From the NCBI GenBank assembly GCA_951406725.2, contig OX597819.1, positions 113,212,001-113,276,000 of the forward strand: DNA of 64,000 bases, written 5' to 3'. The DNA is from Octopus vulgaris. Lineage: Eukaryota. Shown here piece by piece: positions 26,257 through 38,645 of the stretch (position 1 is the first letter of the stretch; each line of letters opens with the position of its first letter). Made by a program: the position numbers and the translations under genes. Under the pieces are notes generated by a model. It was not told the DNA's origin and ran no database searches. It was given only the letters and a program-made list of their open reading frames with translations.

Positions 26257-27411
26257 TAAAAGAAGTCCCAATAATTGTTGTTGTTTTGCATCAGGCCAGA
26301 TTTGATCCAATCGAATTTATGTTCAAAGACGTCAGATTCCCGATCATCTCATCTCTTTGTAGAGCCAGGTCAACATTATTCAACGTATCTTTCATCTTTT
26401 TTTTCTCTTCTGAAACTTTAGAGTGTGATTTGAGAGAGATTTTTGTTACGATGTCTAGCCTCGTCATCGTGTCGCTTATCATCGTATGGACTGACCACTA
26501 TGTATGTGGTCAGTCGATACAATATTTATTATTATTGTTATTGTTGTTCCCCATCGTAGTGCATAAGAAAGGAGACAAAAATTATTGTATTTCATAGACT
26601 CGTTATTTAAGTAAGATGCCGGCGGAGTTTTGGAATAGCCCCCAAACACACACACACCTCATGAGCAAGAATAAGGGCACGAACTTCGGTAAATCCCCCA
26701 CCCCTCCCCTCTCATATTTAGGATTTCTGTCTTTCATACAACAGGAATTATGCTTCTGAAAGAACTTTTTCAAAAAAAAATTTTTTTCTACATGTTTGCC
26801 CCACTTCCAGTATAGTGCCCTTTACCAAAAAAAAAAAAATCTTTTTTTTACACTTTTGTTCCCACTTCCAGTTCGGTGCCCTTTTCTTTCCCCACGGCGC
26901 AAGGATAATTATTTCAGAACACCGCTACAAAAATGAGGTTTTTCTTTATTTATGGGATCTCTTCAAACAAACTGTGGAATTAAGAAAATATAAAAAGCTA
27001 GCTGTGTCTTCTATCACAAAATCAGCATCTTTTATTTACTGTTGTGTTGGCATGTACACAGATGATAAAAATTCACCTCCGATATTGGTTTTTAAACATA
27101 ATTCAATAAACGATCTTACATCTATTGCTTCCATTGAATAAAATATCAGAGGAAGAAAATAGGAAAAGGATAGGATGAAGTCTAATATTTGCCAAAAAGA
27201 ACGAGTAGATTATCAAAGCAGGGTGTTTCATACTTTAATTCACTAAATGTTCTTAGATTAAACGGAAATCCAAGTGCAAAAAAAAAGTTATATTTCCTTC
27301 TTCTTGCGTGCGTGTGTGTGTGTGTGAGTGTGTGTGGATCAGATTGTTCAGTCTATACGCTTTCGCTCGTTTTTCGTTTAATAACATCTAGGGTCAGCAG
27401 GAACTAACTAT

Positions 27412-27620
27412 AAGGCGGCAAGCTGGCAGAATCGGCCGGACGAAATACTTAGCGGTATTTCGTCCGTCTTTACGTTCTGAGTTCAAATTCTACCGATGCC
27501 GACTTTGTCTTTCACCCCCTCCAGATCGGTAAAATAAGTACCAGTTGAGCGCTAGGATCGATGTAATCGACTTAATCCCTCCCCGAAATTGCTGGCTTTG
27601 TGCCAAAATTTGAAGTCATT
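27412..27620 (+). mobile_element. SINE family B'
   Basis: Matches the consensus. Confidence 0.75.
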
Positions 27621-28329
27621 ATTTCAACAGTATTTTCTTTTGTGTTGGTATCTTTGAAAACCCAACCGTTTATCCAAATGGTTACGACTTCGCAAAGGTG
27701 TTAGAATGTGGAATTCATTCCAACACCCAGAGCTCAAATTCCGTTGAAGTCAACATCGGGGACGATAAATAAATAGACTTGTCTAGTACTGAGATCGATT
27801 ATTCTTCCTTCTGGAAGAATACTTTGGGAGAAAATCAATTATGATTGGTTTTGGAGAAGGAATTGTTTAAAGTACCTAAAACACACTGTACTCAAGGTTT
27901 AAAATGCTCGGAATTTTTAATCCATGGATAAGCAATACCAAGTGTGTACATATTCGTGTTTATGACAAGACATGAACGAATGAAGGCAAAAAAGCTTGGA
28001 GAGATAAGGGCGTAGAGTCAAACGATCTGCGGGCTGTTTCAGCATCTCCCCCCCACACACACACTACATTAACTAGTTTTAGATCAGTTTTTTTTTTACT
28101 ACAAATTTATGGTTTTCTGTCAACAAAGGAAATACCACAGCAACGGCAACGAACTTGTTGTTGTAAGACCTCTTCTGTTCGATGACGGCTAATCAAGTAG
28201 AGAGTCTGGCACGATTATTGGTCGAATAACCAATTGCAGGTGTAATCTAGAGTCTTGATGCTTTTGTTTAGCCCTAGGTCAACACTTATTGAGTAGACCT
28301 GTGATTAAATTACATCCGATACATGATTT

Positions 28330-30250
28330 GTACTTTATTTTATCGATCTCGAAAGGATGAAAGACAAAGTTGATCTCGGCAGGATTTGAACTCGGAATGT
28401 AAACAACCAATTATCCGACGCTCTAAGATCCCACTCATCAACCGACCTAAATATTCAAATACTTGTTTCTAATATAAGCAGGAAATCCGGAGAAGTGGCT
28501 TAGTCTATGAATTCATAATCTGCTCGTAATATTTCAGTGGTACTTTATCGACCCCGGAAAGATGAAAGGCAAAGTTGACGTCTGCGGAATTTGAAAATGG
28601 AACGATAAGAGCCACAAGAAATACAGCAAGGCATTTTCTCAGTATTTCTTGGTTCAATCAAAGGTAGAAGAGTAAGGTCCATAGCCTTCTGAAACTGGTG
28701 AGATGAAGAGTGGAAATTATCCTCAGACTAGTGAATTGGTCAAAATAATGGTTTCTAACCTAATTACAAAGTTAACGATTTTGAGGAAAGGGGTTTGTCG
28801 ATTCTATCGACTCCGATACTCGAATGGTACTTTATTGCTAGCCCCGGAAGGGTGAAAGGGAAAGTTAACTTCAGCGACAATTGAACTCAGAAGTCCCGAT
28901 AAGAAGCTGGAAAAAATATCTCAAAACATTTTCTGATGCTGTAACAATTCTACCAGCTCGCCGCTCTAGAATAATTCCAAAATAATGGCTTCAAACTTCG
29001 AAATAAGACCAGCAATTTTAGAGGAGAGGACAATTCGATTCCATCGACCACAGAGCTCAACTGGCACTTATTTTATCAAGCCCGAAAGAATAAAATGCAA
29101 AGCTGATCCCTGCAGAATTTGAACTCGGAACGTAAAGAGCTAGAACAAATTCTGCAGACTATATTTTCTCCTACACGCCAGCGATTCCACCAGCTCGCCG
29201 TTCTAGAATTGACCGAAATAACTGCAACGGAGAACACTACATTAAATGTACCTAAGAACCTGGTGACGGTATTAGACCGGGAGATGAATTACGAAAGTCA
29301 AATTGATGGGCTTCCATAGTTTCGTCTATCGAATAGAGTTGAATCGAGGCTGTGGTACAAGTCATTTGCATAAGGTGATGTGATGATAACTCGAAACCGG
29401 TACCACGTGATTGCGAAGTGAATATTTAACCATGCTTCTGCTTATAATTTAGTTATCCAGATAATCGAGAAACCTAAGATTTATGTATTGTTGGGGAATA
29501 GGATATTACCCATATGTCTGTATCTAAGGCATTATCAAAATTATATTGAAATGAATGTACAACAGAGGACCACAACAGGTTCACGAACTTTTGTTGTGTA
29601 GCAAAAGCAAAGACTCTCTTTCAACCACACTGTGTAACGATATTTGTCATGTGACTTGCATTTAGGTAAATCATTGGCGCTCGTGTATGCGTATTTGTCT
29701 TTTCTCGGTGTATTTTTGTAGGCAAATTATAGACAGCTGTGTGTTAATCATTAGAACCTCAGTAAGGTCACCTACCTAATAACAACAATGGTTTCAAATT
29801 TTGGCACAAGGCCAGCAGTTTTTGAGAGGAGAGGGAAAATCAATTGCTACGATCTCAGAACTTCACTGATACTTATTTTATCGATCTCCAAACGACGAAA
29901 GGCAAAGTCGACCTCGGCGGAATTTGACCTCAGGATGTAAACACGGATGAAATACAACTAAATATTTTGAGCGGCCTGGTAACGATTCTACCAGTTCGCT
30001 GCCTTCTCCACAATAATAATAAGGTTAATAATAATTTTATAATCATAATTAATATTGGTTTCAAATTTTGGCACAAGGCCAGCAATTAAGGGGAGGTTTA
30101 AGTCGATTACATCGACCTCAGTGATCAACTGGCACTTATTTTATCAACCCTGAAAGGATGAAAGGCTAAATCGAAACCAGAACGCAAAGACGGATGAAAT
30201 GCCGCTAAGTATATTGTCCGACGAGCTAACAACTCTGCCTGATCGCCTCG
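28330..30250 (-). mobile_element. Cluster of about six decayed, co-oriented SINE family B' copies
   Basis: Repeated tactttatttatcgac..gaaaggatgaaaggcaaagt.gac..cggc.gaatttgaactc motifs near 28330, 28540, 28830, 29065, 29870 and 30130. Confidence 0.7.
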
Positions 30251-30254
30251 TTAA

Positions 30255-30307
<53 letters not shown>

Positions 30308-30325
30308 CATTATTATTATTATTAT

Positions 30326-30950
30326 GGCGAGCTGGCAGACTCGTTAGTACGCCGGGCTAAATGTTTAGCGGTATTTCACCAGTAGTTACGTTCTGAGTTC
30401 AAATGTCGCCGTGGTTGACTTTGCCTTTCATCCTTTCGGGATCGATAAATTAAACACCAGTTGAGTACTGGGGGTCGATGTGTTCGACTGTCCCCCTCCC
30501 CAGAAAATCCAGCGTGAGACAGTTTTTATTGTCGCAGTCTAATGACTGAAACAAGTAAAAGATAAAAAAAATAGATGAGTGGCTATGTGGTAAGTAGCTT
30601 GCTTACCAATCACATGGTTCCGAGTTCAGTCCTACTGCAGTGCACCTTGGGCAAGTGTCTTTTACTGTAGCCTCGGGCCGACCAAAGCCTTGTGAGTGGA
30701 TTTGGTAGATGGAAACTGAAAGAAGTCCGTCATATATGTATGTGTATGTATTTGTGTCTGTGTCTGTGCACCCTCCATCGCTTGACAACCGATGTTCGTG
30801 TGTTTACGTCCCCGTAACTTAGCGGCTCGGTAAAAGAGACCGATAGAATGAATACTAAGAATAAGTCCTGGTGTCGATTTGTTCGACTAAAGACGGTGCT
30901 CCAGCATGGCCGCAGTAAATTACTGGAACGAGTAAGAGAATAAAATAAAA
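30326..30950 (+). mobile_element. SINE family B' (30326-30510) and family A (30576-30950)
   Basis: Both match their consensus; preceded by (ATT)n. Confidence 0.8.
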
Positions 30951-31271
30951 TATACGCTAAACGAATTTTATACTCAGCTCACGAATGCCCCCAGAACCAC
31001 TGTGTTTGTGAACACCCAGGGACCGCGGGATTCCAGATTAGGGACCGTTGAAAGGAAAACAAACAGTGCCAACGGCAATTTGGCAAGAGCATGCCTGAAA
31101 GACTGGTTTGGAGGGAATGAGAAGAGATACCATTACATCCTAAGTTGCCTGTAGACCATAGACATGGTCTAAATGTGGTAATGCTACCTCGCCTCAATTT
31201 TGAAGCACAAGGCCTGAAATTTTGGGGGCAGGGGTTACTCGATTACATCAACCTCGGTGCACACCTAGTGG

Positions 31272-31520
31272 GGGCGCGTGGCTTGGTGGTCAGGCTGTTG
31301 GATTCCTGATCGTAAGACTGTGGTTTCGATTCCTGGACTGGGCGATGCATTGTGTTCTTGAACAAAACCCTTCATTTCACGGTGCTCCAGTCCATTCAGC
31401 TGGCAAAAATGAGTAATCCTACGACAGACTGGCGTCCCATCCAGCTGGGGAAATATATACGCCATGGCGCCCGGGAAACCGGCCCTTATGAGTCGACATG
31501 ACACGAGAAGGTAACTTTAC
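31272..31520 (+). mobile_element. SINE family D
   Basis: tRNA-like head, CORE-like middle and a tail shared with family C. Confidence 0.7.
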
Positions 31521-31656
31521 TTAGTGCTCCCCTAGTACGTATTTTATTGGCCCCGAAAGGGTGAAAGGCAAAAAGATAGGACGTAGTAGTAGTAGTAGTA
31601 GTAAACACTAGGTCAACTCTGATCGAGCAGACTTATACGATGAGCTTCAGCTCTTT

Positions 31657-31809
31657 TGTGGTGTGTAGTAAGTAGTTTGCTTACGAACCACATGGTTCAG
31701 GGTTCAGTTCCACTGCGTGGCACTTTGGGTAGGTGTCTTCTACTATAGCTTCGGGCCGACCAAAGCCTTGTAAGTGGATTTGGCAGACGGAAACTGAAAG
31801 AGGCCCGTC

Positions 31810-31853
<44 letters not shown>

Positions 31854-32013
31854 TTTATTTTCTCTCCCTGTTTCTTTCTGTGTACCTTTCTGTGGAAGAG
31901 CGTAGGCTCAAACGTTTTAGACTTTTTCACTTCCTGAGCGTTATACTAATACATCTGTTTGTTGTCTACACCACCTGTTTTTTGTGTGTGTGTGAATTCT
32001 CCTCCCCCCTCTT

Positions 32014-32045
<32 letters not shown>

Positions 32046-32305
32046 GCGCTATATATGTATATATGTATGTATGTATGCATATGTTTGTGTGTCTGTGTTT
32101 GTGCCCTTTCCCCAACCATCGTTTGACAACCGATACTGGAGCCTTTACGTCCCCGTAACTTAGCGGCTCGGCAAAAGAGACTGATAGAATAAGTACCAGG
32201 TTTACAAAGAATAAGTCCTGGGGTCGATTTGCTCGACTAAAGGCGGTGCTCCAGCATGGCCGCAGTCAAATGACTGAAACAAGTTAAAGAATAAAAGAAT
32301 AAAAA
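31657..32305 (+). mobile_element. SINE family A with a Penelope-like fragment inserted in its microsatellite
   Basis: The family A halves flank about 31852-32000, which carries ctgtggaagagcgtaggctcaaacgtt. Confidence 0.75.
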
Positions 32306-32432
32306 ATTCCTTTGGCGTTCTTTGAAACGGTTAACGTGTGAATTGATGGGGATTTGGCTGATGTTTTTAGCAGGTCATGCAACCACCTCGAAGCTCCTTT
32401 CTAGTTCGTATGAAGGATCGACTATATGATTT

Positions 32433-32662
32433 AAGCTGGCAGAAACATTAGCACGCCGGGCGAAATGCTTAGCGGGATTTCGTCTGCCGCAACGTTCTGA
32501 GTTCAAATTCCGCCGAGGTCGACTTTGCCTTTCATCCTTTCGGGGTCGATTAAATAAGTACCAGTTACGCACTGGGATCGATATAATCGACTTAATCCGT
32601 TTGTCTGTCCTTGTTTGTCCTCTCTGTGTTTAGCCCATTGTGGATAGTAAAGAAATAGGTAT
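32433..32662 (+). mobile_element. SINE family B monomer
   Basis: Matches the consensus and ends aaagaaataggtat. Confidence 0.9.
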
Positions 32663-33099
32663 GTTTTTTTTTGTTTTTTTGATGGCGCAGGCAAAGAAAG
32701 TTTGGTAGCGGTACTTAGTGAATTTGGTGTGAGGGTGGGAGAAACTAAGGGAGGGTAAGGATAGAATAATAGATTCGGGAGGTTGGTTGGCTGGTTGGTT
32801 GGTTGGTGGGTGGTGGTGGTGGTGGTGATGGTGCTGGTGGAGGGTTTGATGGTGTCGAGAGGAACCGAGACGTAGTAATATGGGGTGAGGATAGTTGCGG
32901 TAGTAGTAGAAGAATGGCGGTAGTGGCAGTGGTGATGCTGGTCGTCGTCGCCGTCGTGAAAGGTAGAAATGGGATGTAGTAACTATGGTCGTAATCGTGA
33001 AGGTGAACTGCCGTGATGGCGGTGGTTGTGGTGGTGAAGGCGGCGGTGGCAGCGGTAACAGCAGCATCGGAGACAAGAGCAGAGAGGTAATGAATAAAT

Positions 33100-33390
<291 letters not shown>

Positions 33391-33864
33391 AGGAGCATCT
33401 ACGAGATGGGTTTAAAGAGTCTGGTAAAGAGGTAGATAAAATTGCCGGTTGGTGTTGATGAAGATGGCGGGGCAAGTGTAAGATTAAGGCAGTATTTTGT
33501 GGCGATGGTGTTGTAATGATGGTGGTGTCGGTGGTGGTAGCGGTGTAGTCTGTGGTGGCGGTGGTGTCGGCCACAGTGTGAAACGGTCCCACCACTGTAG
33601 AACTGGGTCGACCAGACGTTTTTATTTTCTTCTCAAGGCGTTGTTCACCGTGACGTGTAAGTACACACGTACACGCATACACACACACACACACACACTC
33701 GCACACAAACACACACATATACAAACACTGACGCTAAAACATAGAAATAGTCCTACTGACCCCCCCCTTTCCTTAACACTATTATAAGCACATTCTCATA
33801 TGTATGCGTGTGTAATTATACATTTGTTCTGACACTTGTGTAGAAATATATATATTCTTTTATT

Positions 33865-34412
33865 TACTCTTTTTACTTGTTTCAGTCATTTGACTGTGGC
33901 CATGCTGGAGCACCGCCTTTAGTCGAGCAGGACTTATTCTTTAATCGACCCCAGGACTTATTCTTTAATCGACCCCAGGACTTACTTTTTGTAAGCCTAG
34001 TACGCTAAACGAATGCCCCCAGAACCACTGTGTTTGTGAACACCCAGTGACCGCGGGATTTCAGATTAGGGACCGCTGAAAGGAAAACAGACAGTGCCTA
34101 CGGCAATTTGGCAAGACCAGGCCTGAAAGACTGGTTTGGAGGGAATGAGAAGAGATACCATTACATCCTAAGTTGCCTGTAGACCATATCGGTCTCTTTT
34201 GCCGAACCGCTAAGTTACGGGGTCGTAAACACACCAGCATTGATTGTCAAGCGATGTTGCTGGGGGGGGGGGGGAACACAGACATACATATATATACATA
34301 TTTACGACGGGCTTCTTTCAGTTTCCGTCTACCAAATCCACTCACAACGTTTTGGTCGGCCACAGGTCTTAGGTAGAAGACGCAGTGGGACTGAACCCGG
34401 AACCATGTGGTT
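33865..34412 (-). mobile_element. SINE family A interrupted by a 188-bp insertion (34001-34188)
   Basis: The insert is a copy of 30953-31160. Confidence 0.85.
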
Positions 34413-34597
34413 CTGAGTATGTTTTAAAAAGGTATACCTTACGTTTCAAATTATCCAATAAATGCTGTGTTGTGTGAATTCATGCGTCAGGTTCGGTCCC
34501 ACTTGGTGGCATTTGAGAATCTATAAATAAAATAGCCTCGGGCCAATTGATGCTTTGTGAGTGAAACTGATTGACAGAAACTGAGCAGTAGTCCATC

Positions 34598-34629
<32 letters not shown>

Positions 34630-35183
34630 GCGGCGATTTACATGTGGCTGTCTCTATGTGTCTCCTTGCCGTAACATCCCTTGAAAAAAAGAAGGTATTT
34701 TTGTTTATGCTCCGTGTCGTAACGGTTCGACAAATAGAGGGCGATACGATTGGCAGCAGATTAATGAATAAATATTGACATCGATTTAATCGAGCAAAAT
34801 CTTTGAAGGTGGCGCCCTAGCATGATCACAGTCCAATAACTGAAGCAAATGAAAGAGTAAAAGTTATATAGTGTATATTGTATTAGTATACATATTGTAT
34901 ATAATTATATACATGGTATATTATTATACATATTATAATGCACATGTGTGTGTGTAATGTCCTTGGAATACTTAGGAGTTGTAAGATGGTGGGGTGGAGA
35001 ATAGAACATGAGAATTTCATTTGTTTCTGTCTGGCGAACTACATAACTGTGCAGACACGAGTTTAATTCTCCTACATTGTGTCAAGTGAACTGATTCACG
35101 TGTATCGGATGATATTAACCCAGGGAACGTGTGAAAGAGGAGTATAAAAAATAATAATAATAACCCTTTCTATTATACGACAT

Positions 35184-35410
35184 GGAGGTGCATGGCTTAG
35201 TGGTTAGGGTGTTGGACTCATGATCGTAAGATTGTGGTTTCGATTCCTGAACCGGGCGATGCGTTGTGTTCCTGAGCAAAACACTTCGTTTCACAATGCT
35301 CCAGTCCACTTAGCTGGCAAAAATGAGCAATTCACCGACGGACCGGCATCCTGTCTAGGTTGAGAATATGTACGCCATGGTTACTGGGAATCCGGCTCGG
35401 GAGAGAACTT
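35184..35410 (+). mobile_element. SINE family D
   Basis: Head ggtgcatggcttagtggttaggg and a CORE-like middle. Confidence 0.75.
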
Positions 35411-35977
35411 CACGTTTTTTTATTACACCACTGAAATTTGGAGGAGGAGGATGAAATTAGAATAGCCCCAATATTAAACATGATCCTTTCTATTATAGGC
35501 ACAAAGGCCTGAAATTGGGAGAAGGGTGCAAGTCGATTACATTGAGTTCAGGGCTTGAGTGCCACCTATTTTATCGACCCCGAAAACATAAAAGGCAAAG
35601 TTGACCTTGGCGGAATTTGAACTCAGAATGTAATAAGCTAGAAGAAATGCCGCTAAACATCTCATCTGTTGACTATATATATATATATATATATATGTCA
35701 ACAGATGAGATTCAAAGACACTCAGTAGCGCTCAAATGATTCAAACTTACACTCCGTTGTCTTTACAGGGATCAGTTCCGCGGGGTAAAAGTGGTAAAGT
35801 ATGGCTATATATATATATATATACACATGCATGTATACATATATACATATTTTGTATTTCATACCCAACCTGTTATATTTAATTTGTTTACCCACATAAT
35901 TTGCACGCCACTTCTCTCTCTCTCTCCCTCCACACACACACATACACGCACACACACACAGACACATGTGTATATGT

Positions 35978-36395
35978 ATCGAAATCGAAATCAAATTCGA
36001 TGACTGGCATCCGTGCCGGTGGTAAGCAAAAAGCACTATTCGAGCGTGATCTTTACCTGCGTCACCTTACTGGCACTTGTGCTGGAAGAACGTGAAAAAA
36101 CATTCGAGCGAGGTCGTTGCCATTGCCGCTGGACTGGCTCCTGTGCAGGTGGCACATAAAAAGCACCATTTGAGCGTGGACGTTGCCAGTACCGCCTGAC
36201 TGGCCCTCGTGCCGGTGGCACGTAACAGCACCCACCACACTCCCGGAGTGGTTGGCCTTAGGAAGGGAATCCAGCTGTAGAAACTCTGCCAGATCAGATT
36301 GGAGTCTGGTGCAGCCATCTGGTTCGCCAGACCCCAGTCAAATCGTCCAACCCATGCTAGCATGGAAAGCGAACGTTAAACGTTGATGATGACGA
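35978..36395 (+). mobile_element. SINE-like family E 3' region with internal subrepeats of about 65 bp and a (GAT)n tail
   Basis: Four iterations of actggc..gtgccggtggcacgtaaaaagcacc, then aggaagggaatccagctgtagaaac and a gatgatgacga tail. Confidence 0.7.
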
Positions 36396-37201
36396 TTCTA
36401 ATGTCTGATGTTCTTAAATATACAAACTCTAGCTCCAAAATGCATCACATATAGTGACATAAAAACAGAATAACTCCTGCCTTTCGTGTGCTTAGATTTG
36501 GGTAGACATAGACAAATGAGCGAATGGAAAATATTCTTCGTTCTTTCATGCTTCCATTATTACTTGATACTTTTGTTGTATCATACTCCACAATTTTATT
36601 GTCTATGTTCGCACATTGCATCGTATACTTTTGCTCATTGAAAAACTTTTTAGAATTGTATTCTATTTCGCAATCCGACCCTTTTCAAATAAGAACATTT
36701 TCCCTTTAAATGGCCTTATGAAAAACAGTTGAATATTAATTAAAATTGTAAACCAATGCCTGAACAAAAACATATTTAACAGCGTAAATAGACGAAATTA
36801 ACGAGGATATTTGTAACCACGTGGTACAAACAGTGAGGAGCGATTGTGTGGTTACGTTACAGAAAATAGAGACTTATTCCATGTTTGTTATTGGTTGTTT
36901 CTAATGAAAATGTGTGGCTAAGAACCGGATATTATTTAAAATTTATTTGTTGCAATAATTTGTTAAGTAAACACGAGCAATCTACTACGTTTAGTTACAT
37001 AACGATAAGGTCTTTTGCCGACAATATATTTTACTGATGACTCCTGCCTAGCCTGAGTATTTATACGCGGTACATGATATTTTTTATCTTTTACTTGTTT
37101 CAATCGCGGGACTACTGCCATGCTGGGGTTATAGCCTTGAAGGGTTTTAGTTGAGCAAGTCGACTCTACTACTCTCGTTTTATATTTATTTATTTACTTC
37201 T

Positions 37202-37540
37202 GAGCACGCCGGGCAAAATTCTTAGTGGCATTTCGTCCGTCATTTATTATGTTCTGTGTTCAAATTCCGCCGAGGTCGACTTTGCTTTTCATCCTTTCAG
37301 GGTCGATAATTTAAGTACCAGTGAAACACTGGGGTCGATGTATTCGACTAGTCCCCTCCCACTAAATTTCAGGCCTTATGCCTGTAGAAAAAAGTGAGTT
37401 CAAATTCCACCGAGGTCAACTTAGCCTTTCATTTTTTCAGGGTCGATAACTTAGGTACCAGTGAAACACTGGGGTCGATATAATCGATTAGTCTCCTTCC
37501 CACAAGTTTCAGGCTTTGTGCCTATAACAAAAAGGATTAT
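37202..37540 (+). mobile_element. SINE family B' tandem dimer
   Basis: The second unit restarts at gagttcaaattcc (about 37396). Confidence 0.75.
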
Positions 37541-37618
37541 TATTATAATTATTATTATTATTATTATTATTATTATCATTAGAATCATCAACCTCGTTTT
37601 AAAAATAATTAACACTAT

Positions 37619-38212
37619 GGCGAGCTGGCAGACACGTTAGCGCGCTGGGCGAAATGCTTAGCGGTATTTCGTCTGTCGTTACGTTCTGAGTTCAAATTCC
37701 GCCGAGGTCAACTTTGCCTTTCATCCATTCGGGGTCGATTAAATAAGTACCAGTTACGCACTGGGTCGATGTAATCGACTTAATACCTATGTCTGTCCGT
37801 GTTTGTCCGGCTCTGTGTTTAGCCCCTTGTGGGTAATAAAGAAATAGGTATTTCGTCTGTCGTTACGTTCTGAGTTCAAATTCCGCCGAGGTCGACTTTG
37901 CCTTTCATCCATTCGGGGTCGATTAAATAAGTACCAGTTACGCACTGGGTCGATGTAATCGACTTAATACCTATGTCTGTCCTTGTTTGTCCGCTCTGTG
38001 TTTAGCCCCTTGTGGGTAATAAAGAAATAGGTATTTCGTCTGTCGTTACGTTCTGAGTTCAAATTCCGCCGAGGTCAACTTTGCCTTTCATCCTTTCGGG
38101 GTCGATAAATAAAGTACTAGTTTCGCACTGGGGGCGATATAATCGACTCAATCCCTTCGTCTGTCCTTGTTTGTCCCTTCTATGTTTAGCCCCTTGTGGG
38201 CAGTAAAGAAAT
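37619..38212 (+). mobile_element. SINE family B head-to-tail trimer
   Basis: Three near-identical units of about 184 bp, with the junction aaagaaatag|gtatttcgtc at about 37847 and 38031. Confidence 0.9.
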
Positions 38213-38255
38213 ATATAATTATTATCATTGCATAAATAATATAATTATTTAAACC

Positions 38256-38645
38256 ATGGAGGTTCCTCCCAAGGATCTCTGGTGTAACTTTACTCGACAG
38301 AGTGTGTAGTTCGGAGATAAGAGAGTCTCTCCACGTCAAACCACTACTTTTCCGTCATGAGAAGTCACAACTCCCGTACTATAGTCATAGGATTAGACTG
38401 TCACAGGAAAGAATTGCAAGACGGATTCTTCAAGCCGAGCCAACCGGAAGGAAACCTAGGGAGAGACCAAGAACGAGATGGTAGGATGTCATATCCATAG
38501 TCTCAGTAGGTCATGCTTGGGAATCCAGCCGGAAGGTTAAATGACGGTTGCTTTTGATAGGACCCTATAAAGGAAGTGCCTGAAGGCTCTACCCTCAATG
38601 ACACTCTCAGGAATAGTAAGCGGAGAAGATGGATGAATGGATGGG
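38256..38645 (+). mobile_element. RTE-clade LINE 3' end (Expander-like), decayed
   Basis: RFLPRISGVTLLDRVCSSEIRESLHVKPLL..SQL....IARRILQAEPTGRKPRERPRTRW matches the RTE ORF C-terminus; (GATG)n-like tail. Confidence 0.8.
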
